IMG/VR virus record: IMGVR_UViG_3300035698_020047
Location: 1-64,000 of that record
Source: a virus
Length of the DNA stretch: 64,000 bases
Direction: 5' to 3' (one strand)
Of the stretch, positions 26,935 to 37,133 are shown piece by piece. A program made the position numbers and the translations under genes. The notes beneath the pieces are model-generated. The model was not told the origin of the DNA and searched no databases. It saw only the letters and a list, made by a program, of their open reading frames with translations. Position 1 is the stretch's first letter. Every line of letters starts with the position of its first letter.

Positions 26935-27960
26935 ATGGCAAATCAAACGTTTAAGCCGAAACAGCAACAAATCACTGCCTGGATTGAGGCGAATTTTGAT
27001 TTTAAGCCGCGACGTGGCGGTGCCGAATATGTAATATGCAATCCATTCACTGACGATAGCACATATAATTTCAATATAAACGTCGAGGAGGGGATCTGCC
27101 ACGACTGGCACGGCGACGAGTGGGCACAAGGCCAGTCGCGAACTTTCTTGCGGTTTGTTCAACTCTACCGTCGTTGCTCTTTCGTTGATGCGTTTAAGGA
27201 AGTTTGCGGCAATGATGTCACAATCGACGCAATCTACGCGAAGCTGACTAAAGAGAAGATTGAGAAGGCGGAGGAGCGGAAGTATGATCTGGCGCTACCG
27301 CCGGGCTGCCACTTGCTTTGTGATCATGGGGACACTATAAGTGGTCGCATTTTAACAACGTGGCTAAAGAGCCGTGGGTTAACTGATGCGACTATCAAAT
27401 CATACCAATTATATTCCCATTCGATGCATGTGGTGTGGCCATATTATGAATATGGTTCATTGGTGTATTGGCAAGAGCGGAGTCGTATGAATAAAGTCTT
27501 CCGGTTCCCCTCGGACGCCGTCGGAGTATCCAAGGGAATGTTTCTATATGGGTTTGATATGGTAGAACCCGGTGATTATGTCGTAGTGACAGAAGCGATC
27601 TTTGACAGCACCACGCTAGGGGCACAAGCTGTGGCTAGCGGAGGGGCCGTCTTGACCGATCTGCAAGTGCGTAGGCTAAGGGCATTGAACCCCGTAAATG
27701 GCGTCATACTGGCCCCAGACAATGATAGTGCTGGCATGAAGAGTGTTGCCTCTAATTACAGATTGTTGCGGCCCTATTTCAAGAAGATTTTCTATGCCGT
27801 TCCTCCCAAAACCGAATATAAGAAGGGGCGTTTTATCAAGGATTGGAATGAGCTCATTACTGATATGAAGATGACGCACGCCGACATACGAAAGCTATTT
27901 GAAAGCAGTATTAAACCGTTGAGCCAAGTAGAAGCTGTTAGATTTATGGTTAATAATTAG
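26935..27960 (+). CDS. DNA primase (DnaG/TOPRIM, gp61-like)
   Basis: N-terminal ICNPF..D...F.IN...G.CHDW, WLKSRGL, LVYWQER, FLYGFD, VVTEAIFD, LAPDNDSAG, KDWNE. Confidence 0.9.
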   Translation: MANQTFKPKQQQITAWIEANFDFKPRRGGAEYVICNPFTDDSTYNFNINVEEGICHDWHGDEWAQGQSRTFLRFVQLYRRCSFVDAFKEVCGNDVTIDAIYAKLTKEKIEKAEERKYDLALPPGCHLLCDHGDTISGRILTTWLKSRGLTDATIKSYQLYSHSMHVVWPYYEYGSLVYWQERSRMNKVFRFPSDAVGVSKGMFLYGFDMVEPGDYVVVTEAIFDSTTLGAQAVASGGAVLTDLQVRRLRALNPVNGVILAPDNDSAGMKSVASNYRLLRPYFKKIFYAVPPKTEYKKGRFIKDWNELITDMKMTHADIRKLFESSIKPLSQVEAVRFMVNN

Positions 27961-28235
27961 ATGTCGTATTCTTTGTCTATAACCACATTGTCCAAGCTGA
28001 TGGTCCTATAATGGCTCATCGCATTTGGGCACATTTCTTTTATGGCCGTTACCTGGTCTTTTATCCCGAGCTTACTTAAATAAGCACTTCGCTTTTTGAG
28101 GATCGACTTATCACGGTCGTCCATGGCATCAGCATTTAAGCAGCATAATTTCCCATTATGATTGCCAAGGGCTAATACTAGCCGATGCTGCACTTCAGAC
28201 CCCTTCTTGAAATATTTTATCCAATAAAGTTTCAT
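27957..28235 (-). CDS. hypothetical protein
   Basis: GGAGAG RBS before MKLYW; TAAATATA motif at 28277-28284 on minus strand. Confidence 0.6.
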   Translation of the reverse strand: MKLYWIKYFKKGSEVQHRLVLALGNHNGKLCCLNADAMDDRDKSILKKRSAYLSKLGIKDQVTAIKEMCPNAMSHYRTISLDNVVIDKEYDI

Positions 28236-28318
28236 TGTCTCTCCATAGTTGTTTAGTATGGTATCGGACTGGTAGATATATTTACCCCAAAAATAACTTA
28301 TTAAACTTGGAGTATTGT

Positions 28319-29668
28319 ATGGCCAAAACAGGCTATGGCGCATCTTGGTCCGTGGAATGTAGAATTGGTAAGGACAAGGTTCTTATTGGTGATAATAGTA
28401 TTACACATTTCGAGTGGAAGAGTATGGTGAATGGAGGGTTCATAGTACGCATCAGAGCCACTGACCCGAATTTTCAGATGCTAGACAAAGTCATCGAGGC
28501 ATCGGGTGCATTGCTTGAGACTGGGCGACAAACAAGTGAATTGACGCTGGTTGAATTTAAAATTAAATGGAATGGGACAGAAGAGCTACAAGAAACGAGA
28601 ACGAGCCTAGCTCTTATCTCCAATCTTAAAGCTAATGGTAACAATTCGCTAAATGGTGAATTTGAATTCATAGCGGTAGACCCAATTTCATATTTCCTTA
28701 ACTCTGGCAAAAGCTCTGGTACTGCCTATACTGGTAAAATAGGCGGCAAAGACGGGGTTATAGCGCAAGTTTTTAATGAATATGTGCCGTCAAAAGTGGG
28801 CGATTACAGCACTAGCATAGAGATTGATGAAACTGATGATGAAAGCAATACGTATTGGATGATGCGGCAGGATCCTAAAACTTTCATTATGTCATTGTTG
28901 AATTGGTCGTGCCCATTCACTAAACACAAAACAGCGTGGAGTGTTTCTAGTGGACAGAATGCTGATGATCAAGTACTGACTTTAAGTGTCAACGAGTCTT
29001 ACACTGCGAGCCTAGTATATCCAGAGCCTAGTGATGAAGAAATGATCCTGACATACACTGGCGGGACGACTGATATTATCAAATGGGAGCTGCTGGCTGA
29101 TAACTTTTTGTCTGCTTTGAACTTAAAGCTTCTAACTAGCGGTATGTCGGCAGTGTCTGGCGAATATTTCGACAAAGAAACAGACAAGGAAGATGAGAAA
29201 AAGGTCTATGTTAAAGACGAAAATACACGTGGCAAAGTTAATCCGAAATTAACTTCAAAGCAGAGCTATACTAAGCCGCAAGATCCTGTTGATCGTGGTT
29301 GGACTCACATAAAAGCAGCACCAGAAATTTACAGTGCTGGCGATATAGGCTTCCGATACGATAGATATATCGATGGGCGTGCTAGGCAGATGTATATGGA
29401 TATGCTTGGCATGTTAATGCGTATGAGGGTAACTGCAATGGGCCAACACAGATTGTTTGACTCTACAGGCCTTGGTAGAACTAAAGTTAAATTAAGTTGG
29501 CAGTCGCCAGATCCAGAAGGCGGTGGGACTAAAACCCGCTTTTTAGATGGTGACTGGCTGCTTTATGGATGGCATCATAAAGCATCTAGGGCTGGTACGT
29601 GGGAGACTGATCTATATCTTTCTAGGCTTGATTGGGATGCAGCCAGCATTGGCAGCACTGGTAGTTAA
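28319..29668 (+). CDS. baseplate hub protein (gp27/GpD-like)
   Basis: C-terminal LDGDWLLYGWHH.....WETDLYLSR; directly before tape measure; GGAG RBS and CAAAAATA at 28288. Confidence 0.65.
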   Translation: MAKTGYGASWSVECRIGKDKVLIGDNSITHFEWKSMVNGGFIVRIRATDPNFQMLDKVIEASGALLETGRQTSELTLVEFKIKWNGTEELQETRTSLALISNLKANGNNSLNGEFEFIAVDPISYFLNSGKSSGTAYTGKIGGKDGVIAQVFNEYVPSKVGDYSTSIEIDETDDESNTYWMMRQDPKTFIMSLLNWSCPFTKHKTAWSVSSGQNADDQVLTLSVNESYTASLVYPEPSDEEMILTYTGGTTDIIKWELLADNFLSALNLKLLTSGMSAVSGEYFDKETDKEDEKKVYVKDENTRGKVNPKLTSKQSYTKPQDPVDRGWTHIKAAPEIYSAGDIGFRYDRYIDGRARQMYMDMLGMLMRMRVTAMGQHRLFDSTGLGRTKVKLSWQSPDPEGGGTKTRFLDGDWLLYGWHHKASRAGTWETDLYLSRLDWDAASIGSTGS

Positions 29669-29670
29669 AT

Positions 29671-32600
29671 ATGGCAGCAGCACAAGAAATGACATTTAAG
29701 GTGATGTTCGAGACAGTGGGGGAGGACCATCTTTCGAAAATCGGCGAAAAACAAATTGACAATGTAGAGGAGTTAACTGTAAAGGAACAAGACAAGCTCA
29801 AACTGATGGGTGAGCAGTTCACCAAGGTTGAGAAGATGTTGGCGATGCAGAAGGACATAGTAAAGAAAGCAGAGGTGATGTCTAAACTGCGCAAAGATGA
29901 TGTTGATTCACTTAAAGCTCAGCAGGGCGAGCTCCTAAAAGCCGAAGTTGTTCTCGATAAAATTATGTCAACTCCTGGCGAGTTTGGCGTAATCGAGGGG
30001 CCGCAATTAGAGAATATCGCGAAATTGCAGAACAATATCCTTTCGGTTGATAAGGCGATAGGTGATGCGTTAGATTCTACCAATGAGTGGAAGAAAGCAT
30101 TGAAGGATGTGGGGCTTGATAAGCTCGGTACTAGTGCCAAGAAGTTGATGTCAATAGGCGGCCAGGTGGGATTCTGGGCTGGGATGTTCAAAGAGAATAC
30201 CAGGCAGGCAGCATTATGGACTGATCAGAACTACCAATTGTATGGCAGCACGCAAGAAGTTGCAGATGGTATTCGAGGTGTGCAGACCCAATACGGATTG
30301 TTGCAAAAAGAGGCCGAGGTAGCCGCTAAGGCTGTGATGAACGTTTCGATGGCAGGCGACCCCGCGCAAATAAATGCTATTACCGGTGCCGTTGGTCGAT
30401 TTACGATGACTACTGGTGCTAATGTAGAACAGGCAGCTAAGATGGTTAAGCAGTACCAAATTTTGGGGTATAGCCTCAAAACTGCTGAAAAACAGTTTAA
30501 GGCTTTGAGGATTGCTGCCGCTAACTATGGTATAACTGGCAAAGACATGGATGTTATTAACCAATATATGTCCAAGAACATACATAATATGTCAGCAGCT
30601 GCCGGTGGATCTGCTGAAAAGATGGCTCAGTTGGGCAAGAATGTAGTGACAGCTGGAAGTATGGCTAAGCTGGCCGGGATGGATATGTCTGAGTTCGGTG
30701 AGATAATACAAGCTCTTACAGACGACGCTACTAAATATGCTGTGCTTCTAGAGGGTGCATTGACCTCATCTGACCCAGGAGCTATGTTTTTGACTATGGG
30801 GAAGAATGCTGGTAAGGCAGTTGACTCACTTAAAGGCATTGAGAGCCATTGGCTAAAACAGAAGATTGCAAATGATACCTATGGAATGTCGTATGATCGA
30901 TTGGTGAAGATGGACAAGGCCTACACGAACCTTGAAGAGGCTACAAAAGCATCGGGGAAAGAGCTCGAAAAAATGCTAAATGGGGAGGTGGACTTGACAG
31001 CAGCACAAGAGGAGGCGATTGAAGCATATAGAAATGAAACGGACGCTGGGCGACAATTCCAAATAGTCATGCAAGATTTGAAAAACATCTTTGTGACTAT
31101 TATTGGCCCGATAGTTAAAGTCGCTGCAGCCATCGCATCTTGGATTGCGGCAGCGATGAAATTCAAGGCTGTTAGAATTATCATAGGCATACTTGGTGGG
31201 TTGATTGTAGCTCTCGTCTTGTTGAAATGGGTAATAGGTACGTTTGCTATATTGGGCACTATTATACCACTCTTTAAGAGGCTCGGCGGGGCTTTGACCC
31301 AAACTTCGAAAGCTGCTGGGGGAGTGAAGGGCGGCGGCATATCTAAGACATTGAAATCGTTAGGAACGGGTTTAAGGCACTTCTTCAAAAACATGGCGAG
31401 GCTCAGCTTGAAGGGTGTGTTTAAATTCGCCCTCGCAATGGTGATATTTGGCGGCGCGATGGTCGTTCTAGGTTATGCTGCTTCTTATGTTCCGCCCGGT
31501 AAGCTCCAGGAGCTGGCTACCAGCTTGGTGCTATTTGCCGGTGCGATGTGGATTACGTCGAAGATCCTAGACAAAGCATTCGGACCTGGCTTTTGGAAGG
31601 GGGTAGCGGGGATGGCCGTTTTGGGTCTTGTGCTCGTAGGGCTGGGCTACGCTGCGGCGCTTATTCCACCTACGACTCTCTTGTTCCTAGCCCTTGGAAT
31701 CGCAGCGTTGGCTGGAGCGATGTGGGTATTGGGAACTCTGGCGGCTCCAATTGCTCTTGGCGCAGGAGCATTGATACTTGTTGCTGTTGGGCTCGCCCTT
31801 GTTGGTGCCGCTCTATTGATTCCATCGCTGACTGGCGATAACCTCTTGATGACATCATTGGGGCTGATGTCGCTTGCTGGATCTATGATACTGTTCGCTG
31901 TGGCCTCTATACCATTCCTTATTGGGGCTGCTGCCACTTTGGCTGCTATGGTTGTATTGGGGGCCGCAATGCTCATCGGAGCTGTCCTAATCATACCAGC
32001 AGCGATATTCTGGGCTGCTGGCAAGCTAATTGGGTCTGGATTTGCGGCCATTTTTGCCGGGCTTCCTGGCGGGGATGCTAGCTCTTTAATAATATTGGGT
32101 AAACACGCATATAACGGGTTGTGGGGCTTAGCCGCCGGGATTAATGCTTTGACCGCTTCGAGCTGGTTTAAATTCTGGTTGGCGTCGGAGTATATTGGTG
32201 AAGGCTTGTATTATGTTATGAGAGGTTTGGCGGCTGCTGGTTCTGGAATGCAGAATGTGGCTGCTCTTGCGGAGGCGTTACCTCAACTAGCGGCTGGCAT
32301 AACTGCGTTTGCTATTGACAAGGAGACGGCCGCTGCCTTCTTTTGGACAGCTTTTAATATTGGCGATGGCTTATATTGGCTCAGTAGGGGTATACGTGAC
32401 TCGTTCCTCATAATATTGTTTGCGCCACTTCTCGCAGTTAGCCTCGCTAAGCTGGGCTCTGGTATTAGGTCATTTGGCACTTCCTCTGGGTTTGTTAAGG
32501 CCGCTATAGGATTTAGAACCGCAATCCGTATTATTGGCGATGGCCTAATGTATTATGGGTTATATGTTGAGAACGCTGCAAACAGAGTTCTTGCAGCGGT

Positions 32601-32916
32601 ATTTAAAGTAGGGATGGCTCAAGAGGCTTTGAAATGGATGGGCCTCGACGAGATAGTTAAATCTGCTGCCACTGTAACGGTAAAAGCAGATGTTGAAGAT
32701 AAGAAAAAAGAATCAGAAGATCGCCTCACGCAGTCTGAGTTGTTGGAAGACATTTTAACGTCAATTCAAGGATTATCTGCGGCGGTTGCTGGCCTTGTCA
32801 CGGGTGGCGGCGCGGCTGATAAGGTTGAAGCAGTCCGCGAATTGTTGTCTAAATATCTCCCAGAGATTGCTGAGGGTGATAGTCAGTTAAGCGTCGGAAA
32901 TACAAACCAATGGTAA
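29671..32916 (+). CDS. tape measure protein
   Basis: 1081 aa, helical Ala/Gly/Leu-rich with long hydrophobic C-terminal half; tail module position. Confidence 0.88.
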   Translation: MAAAQEMTFKVMFETVGEDHLSKIGEKQIDNVEELTVKEQDKLKLMGEQFTKVEKMLAMQKDIVKKAEVMSKLRKDDVDSLKAQQGELLKAEVVLDKIMSTPGEFGVIEGPQLENIAKLQNNILSVDKAIGDALDSTNEWKKALKDVGLDKLGTSAKKLMSIGGQVGFWAGMFKENTRQAALWTDQNYQLYGSTQEVADGIRGVQTQYGLLQKEAEVAAKAVMNVSMAGDPAQINAITGAVGRFTMTTGANVEQAAKMVKQYQILGYSLKTAEKQFKALRIAAANYGITGKDMDVINQYMSKNIHNMSAAAGGSAEKMAQLGKNVVTAGSMAKLAGMDMSEFGEIIQALTDDATKYAVLLEGALTSSDPGAMFLTMGKNAGKAVDSLKGIESHWLKQKIANDTYGMSYDRLVKMDKAYTNLEEATKASGKELEKMLNGEVDLTAAQEEAIEAYRNETDAGRQFQIVMQDLKNIFVTIIGPIVKVAAAIASWIAAAMKFKAVRIIIGILGGLIVALVLLKWVIGTFAILGTIIPLFKRLGGALTQTSKAAGGVKGGGISKTLKSLGTGLRHFFKNMARLSLKGVFKFALAMVIFGGAMVVLGYAASYVPPGKLQELATSLVLFAGAMWITSKILDKAFGPGFWKGVAGMAVLGLVLVGLGYAAALIPPTTLLFLALGIAALAGAMWVLGTLAAPIALGAGALILVAVGLALVGAALLIPSLTGDNLLMTSLGLMSLAGSMILFAVASIPFLIGAAATLAAMVVLGAAMLIGAVLIIPAAIFWAAGKLIGSGFAAIFAGLPGGDASSLIILGKHAYNGLWGLAAGINALTASSWFKFWLASEYIGEGLYYVMRGLAAAGSGMQNVAALAEALPQLAAGITAFAIDKETAAAFFWTAFNIGDGLYWLSRGIRDSFLIILFAPLLAVSLAKLGSGIRSFGTSSGFVKAAIGFRTAIRIIGDGLMYYGLYVENAANRVLAAVFKVGMAQEALKWMGLDEIVKSAATVTVKADVEDKKKESEDRLTQSELLEDILTSIQGLSAAVAGLVTGGGAADKVEAVRELLSKYLPEIAEGDSQLSVGNTNQW

Positions 32917-32920
32917 TAAT

Positions 32921-33580
32921 ATGGCATTTGAACTTTTAGAATTTGATAGGACTCTCGCTACAGAGCACATCAGTATGTCGCTCAAGAAGCCTGGGGATAA
33001 GGTCCATCCAGAATTGAATGTTGACATACCATTCCAATTTCCACCGATCATCGGCTCGGACAATAAGGAAGTTGATTATGAAGAAAAGGCGATGGCGAAT
33101 ATTGAGCCGCAGGTTACGTTTAAAAGTTCTAAAGCGAGAGCCATTGCGTTGAAATGGACTTATATAGTCACCGGCGCTGAGAATGGTGCGACAGCTCCAA
33201 AACCATGGAATTGTGCGTACATAGCTAAGCAGGTGAAGCAGCTACGTAGCTTCTTTTATCAGACAGCGGTACAATGGGCTACGGGAAAGCAATTGGCCAT
33301 CGGATTTCGTGGTTATGATATGGTTGGAATAGGCTCATCTATGAAACAACCTATTGATAGCAGTAGTAAACAGACGCCGTCCTTCACGTTCCGTTCAGAT
33401 GGCGTTAAAGTCAAGTACAGTCCGACCGTTGTTCAAGACGGTAGTGGAGTGTTTGCACTCAAAACTGATTTGGAGATGACAATCAAGTTATGGAGTAAAG
33501 CTGAGGGTGAAGACGGCAAACCGATGCTTGATTTGCCGTGGTTAAATACCGCCGAGAAGCTGACCCTCGACTGGAGATAA
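32921..33580 (+). CDS. tube-initiator / baseplate tube-like protein
   Basis: PFQFPP.I..D...V.Y, position between tape measure and LysM-like gene. Confidence 0.55.
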   Translation: MAFELLEFDRTLATEHISMSLKKPGDKVHPELNVDIPFQFPPIIGSDNKEVDYEEKAMANIEPQVTFKSSKARAIALKWTYIVTGAENGATAPKPWNCAYIAKQVKQLRSFFYQTAVQWATGKQLAIGFRGYDMVGIGSSMKQPIDSSSKQTPSFTFRSDGVKVKYSPTVVQDGSGVFALKTDLEMTIKLWSKAEGEDGKPMLDLPWLNTAEKLTLDWR

Positions 33581-33583
33581 ACA

Positions 33584-33877
33584 ATGCCAATTAGCTTGCC
33601 CCTAAATTCTAGATATTTACGAACTGATCCCATTAAGTTTAATGGCGAAGAAACTATAGGCTGGTGGGCCGGTACCGGCTGGCTTGAATCTGAAGCTACT
33701 CAGACTATTGTGGCGACAGCGAGTCAAGCTGGGCGGCTGGACAACATCGCCAATGAATTTCTCGGCTCTTCTGATCTTTGGTGGACGTTGTTATATTACA
33801 ATAAGAAAACTGACATTAATTGGCCGCGAGCTGGTGATGAAGTAGCAATACCCAATACTAGTTTATTAGGGACCTAA
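33584..33877 (+). CDS. LysM-like baseplate protein (gp53/tail X-like)
   Basis: GRLDNIANEFLGSSDLWWTLLYYN...AGDEVAIP. Confidence 0.85.
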   Translation: MPISLPLNSRYLRTDPIKFNGEETIGWWAGTGWLESEATQTIVATASQAGRLDNIANEFLGSSDLWWTLLYYNKKTDINWPRAGDEVAIPNTSLLGT

Positions 33878-36022
33878 ATGGATGATAATACTAGAAAAGT
33901 TTTTTCCGATTTCTTTAGCGAGAGAGCGGAGGCGATAGAAGAGCGGTTTGATGGGTTGTGGCGAGCTGTAGTGGTCGAGACAAATGATCCACTGCGGATG
34001 CGCCGCGTCCGGTTTAAGATTCCTGAGCTTCACGATTGGACTCTTAAGCCAGAGGAATGTCCTTGGGCTGTAGCATCTTCCGATCTTGGTACGAAGAGGT
34101 GCGGCAGATTTTCATATCCGTGCATTGGCGACTGGGTATGGATACAATTCGAGAAAAACCATCCATACGGCCCTATTGTGGTTGGGTTTGCTGATCCTAC
34201 AAGGAGAAAATTTTATCCATTGCCATCATTGCATGGCCAAACGCCGATCCCAGTCGACGAAAACAGCGATGTCGCTGACCAGCCTGAGGATTTTGATCCT
34301 GATTATATGCCAGCTGACGAACGGCCTATGAGCCACGGGTGGCAGGATCGATACGGCAACCTTGATATTCATGACTCGACTGGCTTCTTCCCTATTGAGC
34401 ATCTAATCCAGCTGCCACCACCAGACACTGATCAGCAGAGCAAGGGAAAGTTCACGCAGGCTATAGATCCGCCTGTCGCCAATGAACCCGATTCTAAGAT
34501 GATGTGCCGGGTTTCAAAGTACGGTAACATAATGCTTCAGTCAGATATGGGGTATAAATGGAAAGAAGAATTCGATGGCGATTTCGACGAAGATGAGCAA
34601 TTTGAGATAGATAGGTGGCTATACCTTCAGAAACTCTTGCACGAAGATGGCGGTGATGGCCCGGATTGGCACGATCAGCGTCGGATGATGCAGCTTACCA
34701 GATATGGTCATAAGTTTGAGATGCGGGACGTTGGGTGGAATAAGACTAGGGAAAAAGAATACTCAGACGAGAAGAAAGACATAGGGGATGGTGAAGACGA
34801 ACGCTGGATGAAGCTGCGGACAAAGGGTGGCATGCTCATCCAATCTAGCGACATTGGTATGGATCCCGAAAATGATGAATTTACCAAGCGACTTCTTCAG
34901 GAGGAGGTTGCTGAGGTATATCTAGATAAAGAGGATCAATTCGACAAGATACAAGAAGAGTGGAATCAATATGGCACTCGCGATATGCGAATGCTGCGAT
35001 TTGTGACTCGTAGCGGGATTAAGGTTGTTTTGGATGATCGTACTAGTCACGATGGTGGTGACTATCGGCTGCCGGCGAGTGCGTCAGACGAGAACAGGAA
35101 GAATGAGGAAATCGGCATAGGGGTTTTAGTTAAAGGCCGCGCGAATGCGGGCACTAAGGCCGACGGATACAATGACCTTAGTGGCGATCCTAAAGGATAT
35201 TATTGGCAATTCGATGAAAGACCCGACCACAATAGTACTGCGTGGGGCACGCCTATGGGTCAGGTCATTGGGATGGACGATAACGAAGAATACTTGGCTA
35301 TTTGCAGCCGCCTCCCTGAACTGCCGACTGATTGGAAATATCTGTCAGACAATGAATTTCTTGAGCAATCTGTGGAGAGTCTCGAGCCGCATACTAATAC
35401 GCACCATTTGATAATCGATCATGGCCGAGATCTTATTAGGTTAAAGTCACGTGCTGGCACAGGCGATGCGTCGCGTACTAAGAAGCTTGGAGAATCTGCT
35501 AGTGGTGAGCATGCGGGGCTTGAGATTCATGATGCCCCGGCAGATGACCCGTGGGTTGAGCTTATTGATATCGACAAACGTGGGCTGTGGTTTAACCGCC
35601 AGGATGGGGTTGGGATATGGCGTGGAAAAGAAGGCTCTAATGTTTACGTGTGGCTTGACGATAAGCAGAATAATATAATTCTTAGGAATGCCTCGGCCGG
35701 CGGCAAGGTGCAGATATACTGCCAGGGTGATGTCGACATAATATCTGACAAAGTTGTCGGCATTCAAGCCAATCAGATCAGCTTAAATGCGTCGTCTGAG
35801 ATTAGATTAAGTGCTGCTGGGACTAATTATACGTTCGGAGCAGCACTTCATATGGGTGGTGACATTCACGCCCCGAACGTATATGCACGATTCCCGTCTG
35901 CTGAGAGGCCACTTGAAGTAGCAGGTAGGGGTATCGGCCAGGCATCTGGCGGTGGCAGCGCCGCATCAAATTTACAAGTAGAAAGTCTGCCGCCTAGACA
36001 GGAGCCGAGTGATAGACTGTGA
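33878..36022 (+). CDS. baseplate central spike (gp5/VgrG OB-fold)
   Basis: RAVVVETNDPLRMRRVRFKIPELH, PWA, PCIGDWVWIQFE.N.PY.PIVVG, beta-helix-like C-terminus. Confidence 0.88.
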   Translation: MDDNTRKVFSDFFSERAEAIEERFDGLWRAVVVETNDPLRMRRVRFKIPELHDWTLKPEECPWAVASSDLGTKRCGRFSYPCIGDWVWIQFEKNHPYGPIVVGFADPTRRKFYPLPSLHGQTPIPVDENSDVADQPEDFDPDYMPADERPMSHGWQDRYGNLDIHDSTGFFPIEHLIQLPPPDTDQQSKGKFTQAIDPPVANEPDSKMMCRVSKYGNIMLQSDMGYKWKEEFDGDFDEDEQFEIDRWLYLQKLLHEDGGDGPDWHDQRRMMQLTRYGHKFEMRDVGWNKTREKEYSDEKKDIGDGEDERWMKLRTKGGMLIQSSDIGMDPENDEFTKRLLQEEVAEVYLDKEDQFDKIQEEWNQYGTRDMRMLRFVTRSGIKVVLDDRTSHDGGDYRLPASASDENRKNEEIGIGVLVKGRANAGTKADGYNDLSGDPKGYYWQFDERPDHNSTAWGTPMGQVIGMDDNEEYLAICSRLPELPTDWKYLSDNEFLEQSVESLEPHTNTHHLIIDHGRDLIRLKSRAGTGDASRTKKLGESASGEHAGLEIHDAPADDPWVELIDIDKRGLWFNRQDGVGIWRGKEGSNVYVWLDDKQNNIILRNASAGGKVQIYCQGDVDIISDKVVGIQANQISLNASSEIRLSAAGTNYTFGAALHMGGDIHAPNVYARFPSAERPLEVAGRGIGQASGGGSAASNLQVESLPPRQEPSDRL

Positions 36023-36744
36023 TAATTAGATACCCAACCGGATCATATCTCTCTGTCCTTCCGCAAGAACCGGAAGACTCGGAGAGTGTTGTGTATACCA
36101 TTAGTAATACTACGCCCCCGAGGTCTGAACTCAATTTTATGCAGATACCAGATGGTATAAAAAGGAAGCAGCGTGATCCAAAGACGGCTCTACCTTCGAC
36201 GAGACGGTTCAATCTTGGCGACCTCGCTCTTACCTCAAAAAAGAACCGACCAGGGTCGATCGTAACTGGCAATCAATTATTTTATATCGGCCAGGTGACT
36301 GAATTTGTCGACTCTACTGTTACTGACATAGGCGATATTAATAGTGCTTTAGTGACACAGCATGACCGGGTTTATATTGACCCAACTCACATTGGGCTAG
36401 AGACGGATGAACTGGATGACATCTCATCTGAGGCCCTTGATGCTCAAGGGCAGATTCTTATAGAGCTAGAAGGTTTGCAAAAACGCAAAGATGACTTGCA
36501 AGTTGAAATTGTCAGCGAACAAAAAATACTTAATGATGCTAATAGGGTCATAGGAGCACTCGATATCATAGTGGACCTTGATCCGGGCAATGTAGAGATG
36601 CAAGCTCTTAAGGTACAGACAGAAGAAGTTGCAGCAGATGCTACTGCTGCCATTGATGAGGCGGTAGTAGAGATAAATGAAATGCCGGCTGCGATTCGTG
36701 CTAAACACGATAAACTCAGAACCCTTGCTACGATGATAGATTAA
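36019..36744 (+). CDS. hypothetical protein with coiled-coil C-terminus
   Basis: GTGA-coupled ORF in baseplate operon. Confidence 0.65.
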   Translation: MIIRYPTGSYLSVLPQEPEDSESVVYTISNTTPPRSELNFMQIPDGIKRKQRDPKTALPSTRRFNLGDLALTSKKNRPGSIVTGNQLFYIGQVTEFVDSTVTDIGDINSALVTQHDRVYIDPTHIGLETDELDDISSEALDAQGQILIELEGLQKRKDDLQVEIVSEQKILNDANRVIGALDIIVDLDPGNVEMQALKVQTEEVAADATAAIDEAVVEINEMPAAIRAKHDKLRTLATMID

Positions 36745-36745
36745 A

Positions 36746-37132
36746 ATGCTTAATTATTTTGGATATAATCCGCCGTTCTTCGGTGGGCATCAAAATGTGA
36801 TGTCCAGGCAAGCTGGAGATCGTTTGATTCAGAACGATGTCTTGCAGCTGCTTCTAACAGTGCCTGGCGAACGCGTTATGCGGCCAACTTGGGGAACGCT
36901 TATTAAGCCATCGATATTCGATACTATCGATGAAGGTTCTATAAATGCATTGCGAGAAAATATCGCAATAGCGCTTTCGACATATGAGACCAGAGTCAAT
37001 CTCGATATTAGCATTACTACCGAACAAGAGGGAACGGTATTGCGGATTCGTTTGTTCGGTGAATATACGAACGAGCCCAATCATACATTCGAGGATGAAT
37101 TGTTGCTGCCCATAATACGGGCGGAGAGTTAA
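36746..37132 (+). CDS. baseplate wedge protein gp25-like
   Basis: LLLTVPGERVMRPTWGT...FD, I..ALSTYETRV. Confidence 0.92.
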   Translation: MLNYFGYNPPFFGGHQNVMSRQAGDRLIQNDVLQLLLTVPGERVMRPTWGTLIKPSIFDTIDEGSINALRENIAIALSTYETRVNLDISITTEQEGTVLRIRLFGEYTNEPNHTFEDELLLPIIRAES

Positions 37133-37133
37133 T

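Noticed and set aside
31140-32480. Membrane transporter
   Set aside because: Hydrophobic helices are part of the tape measure protein, where such segments are common
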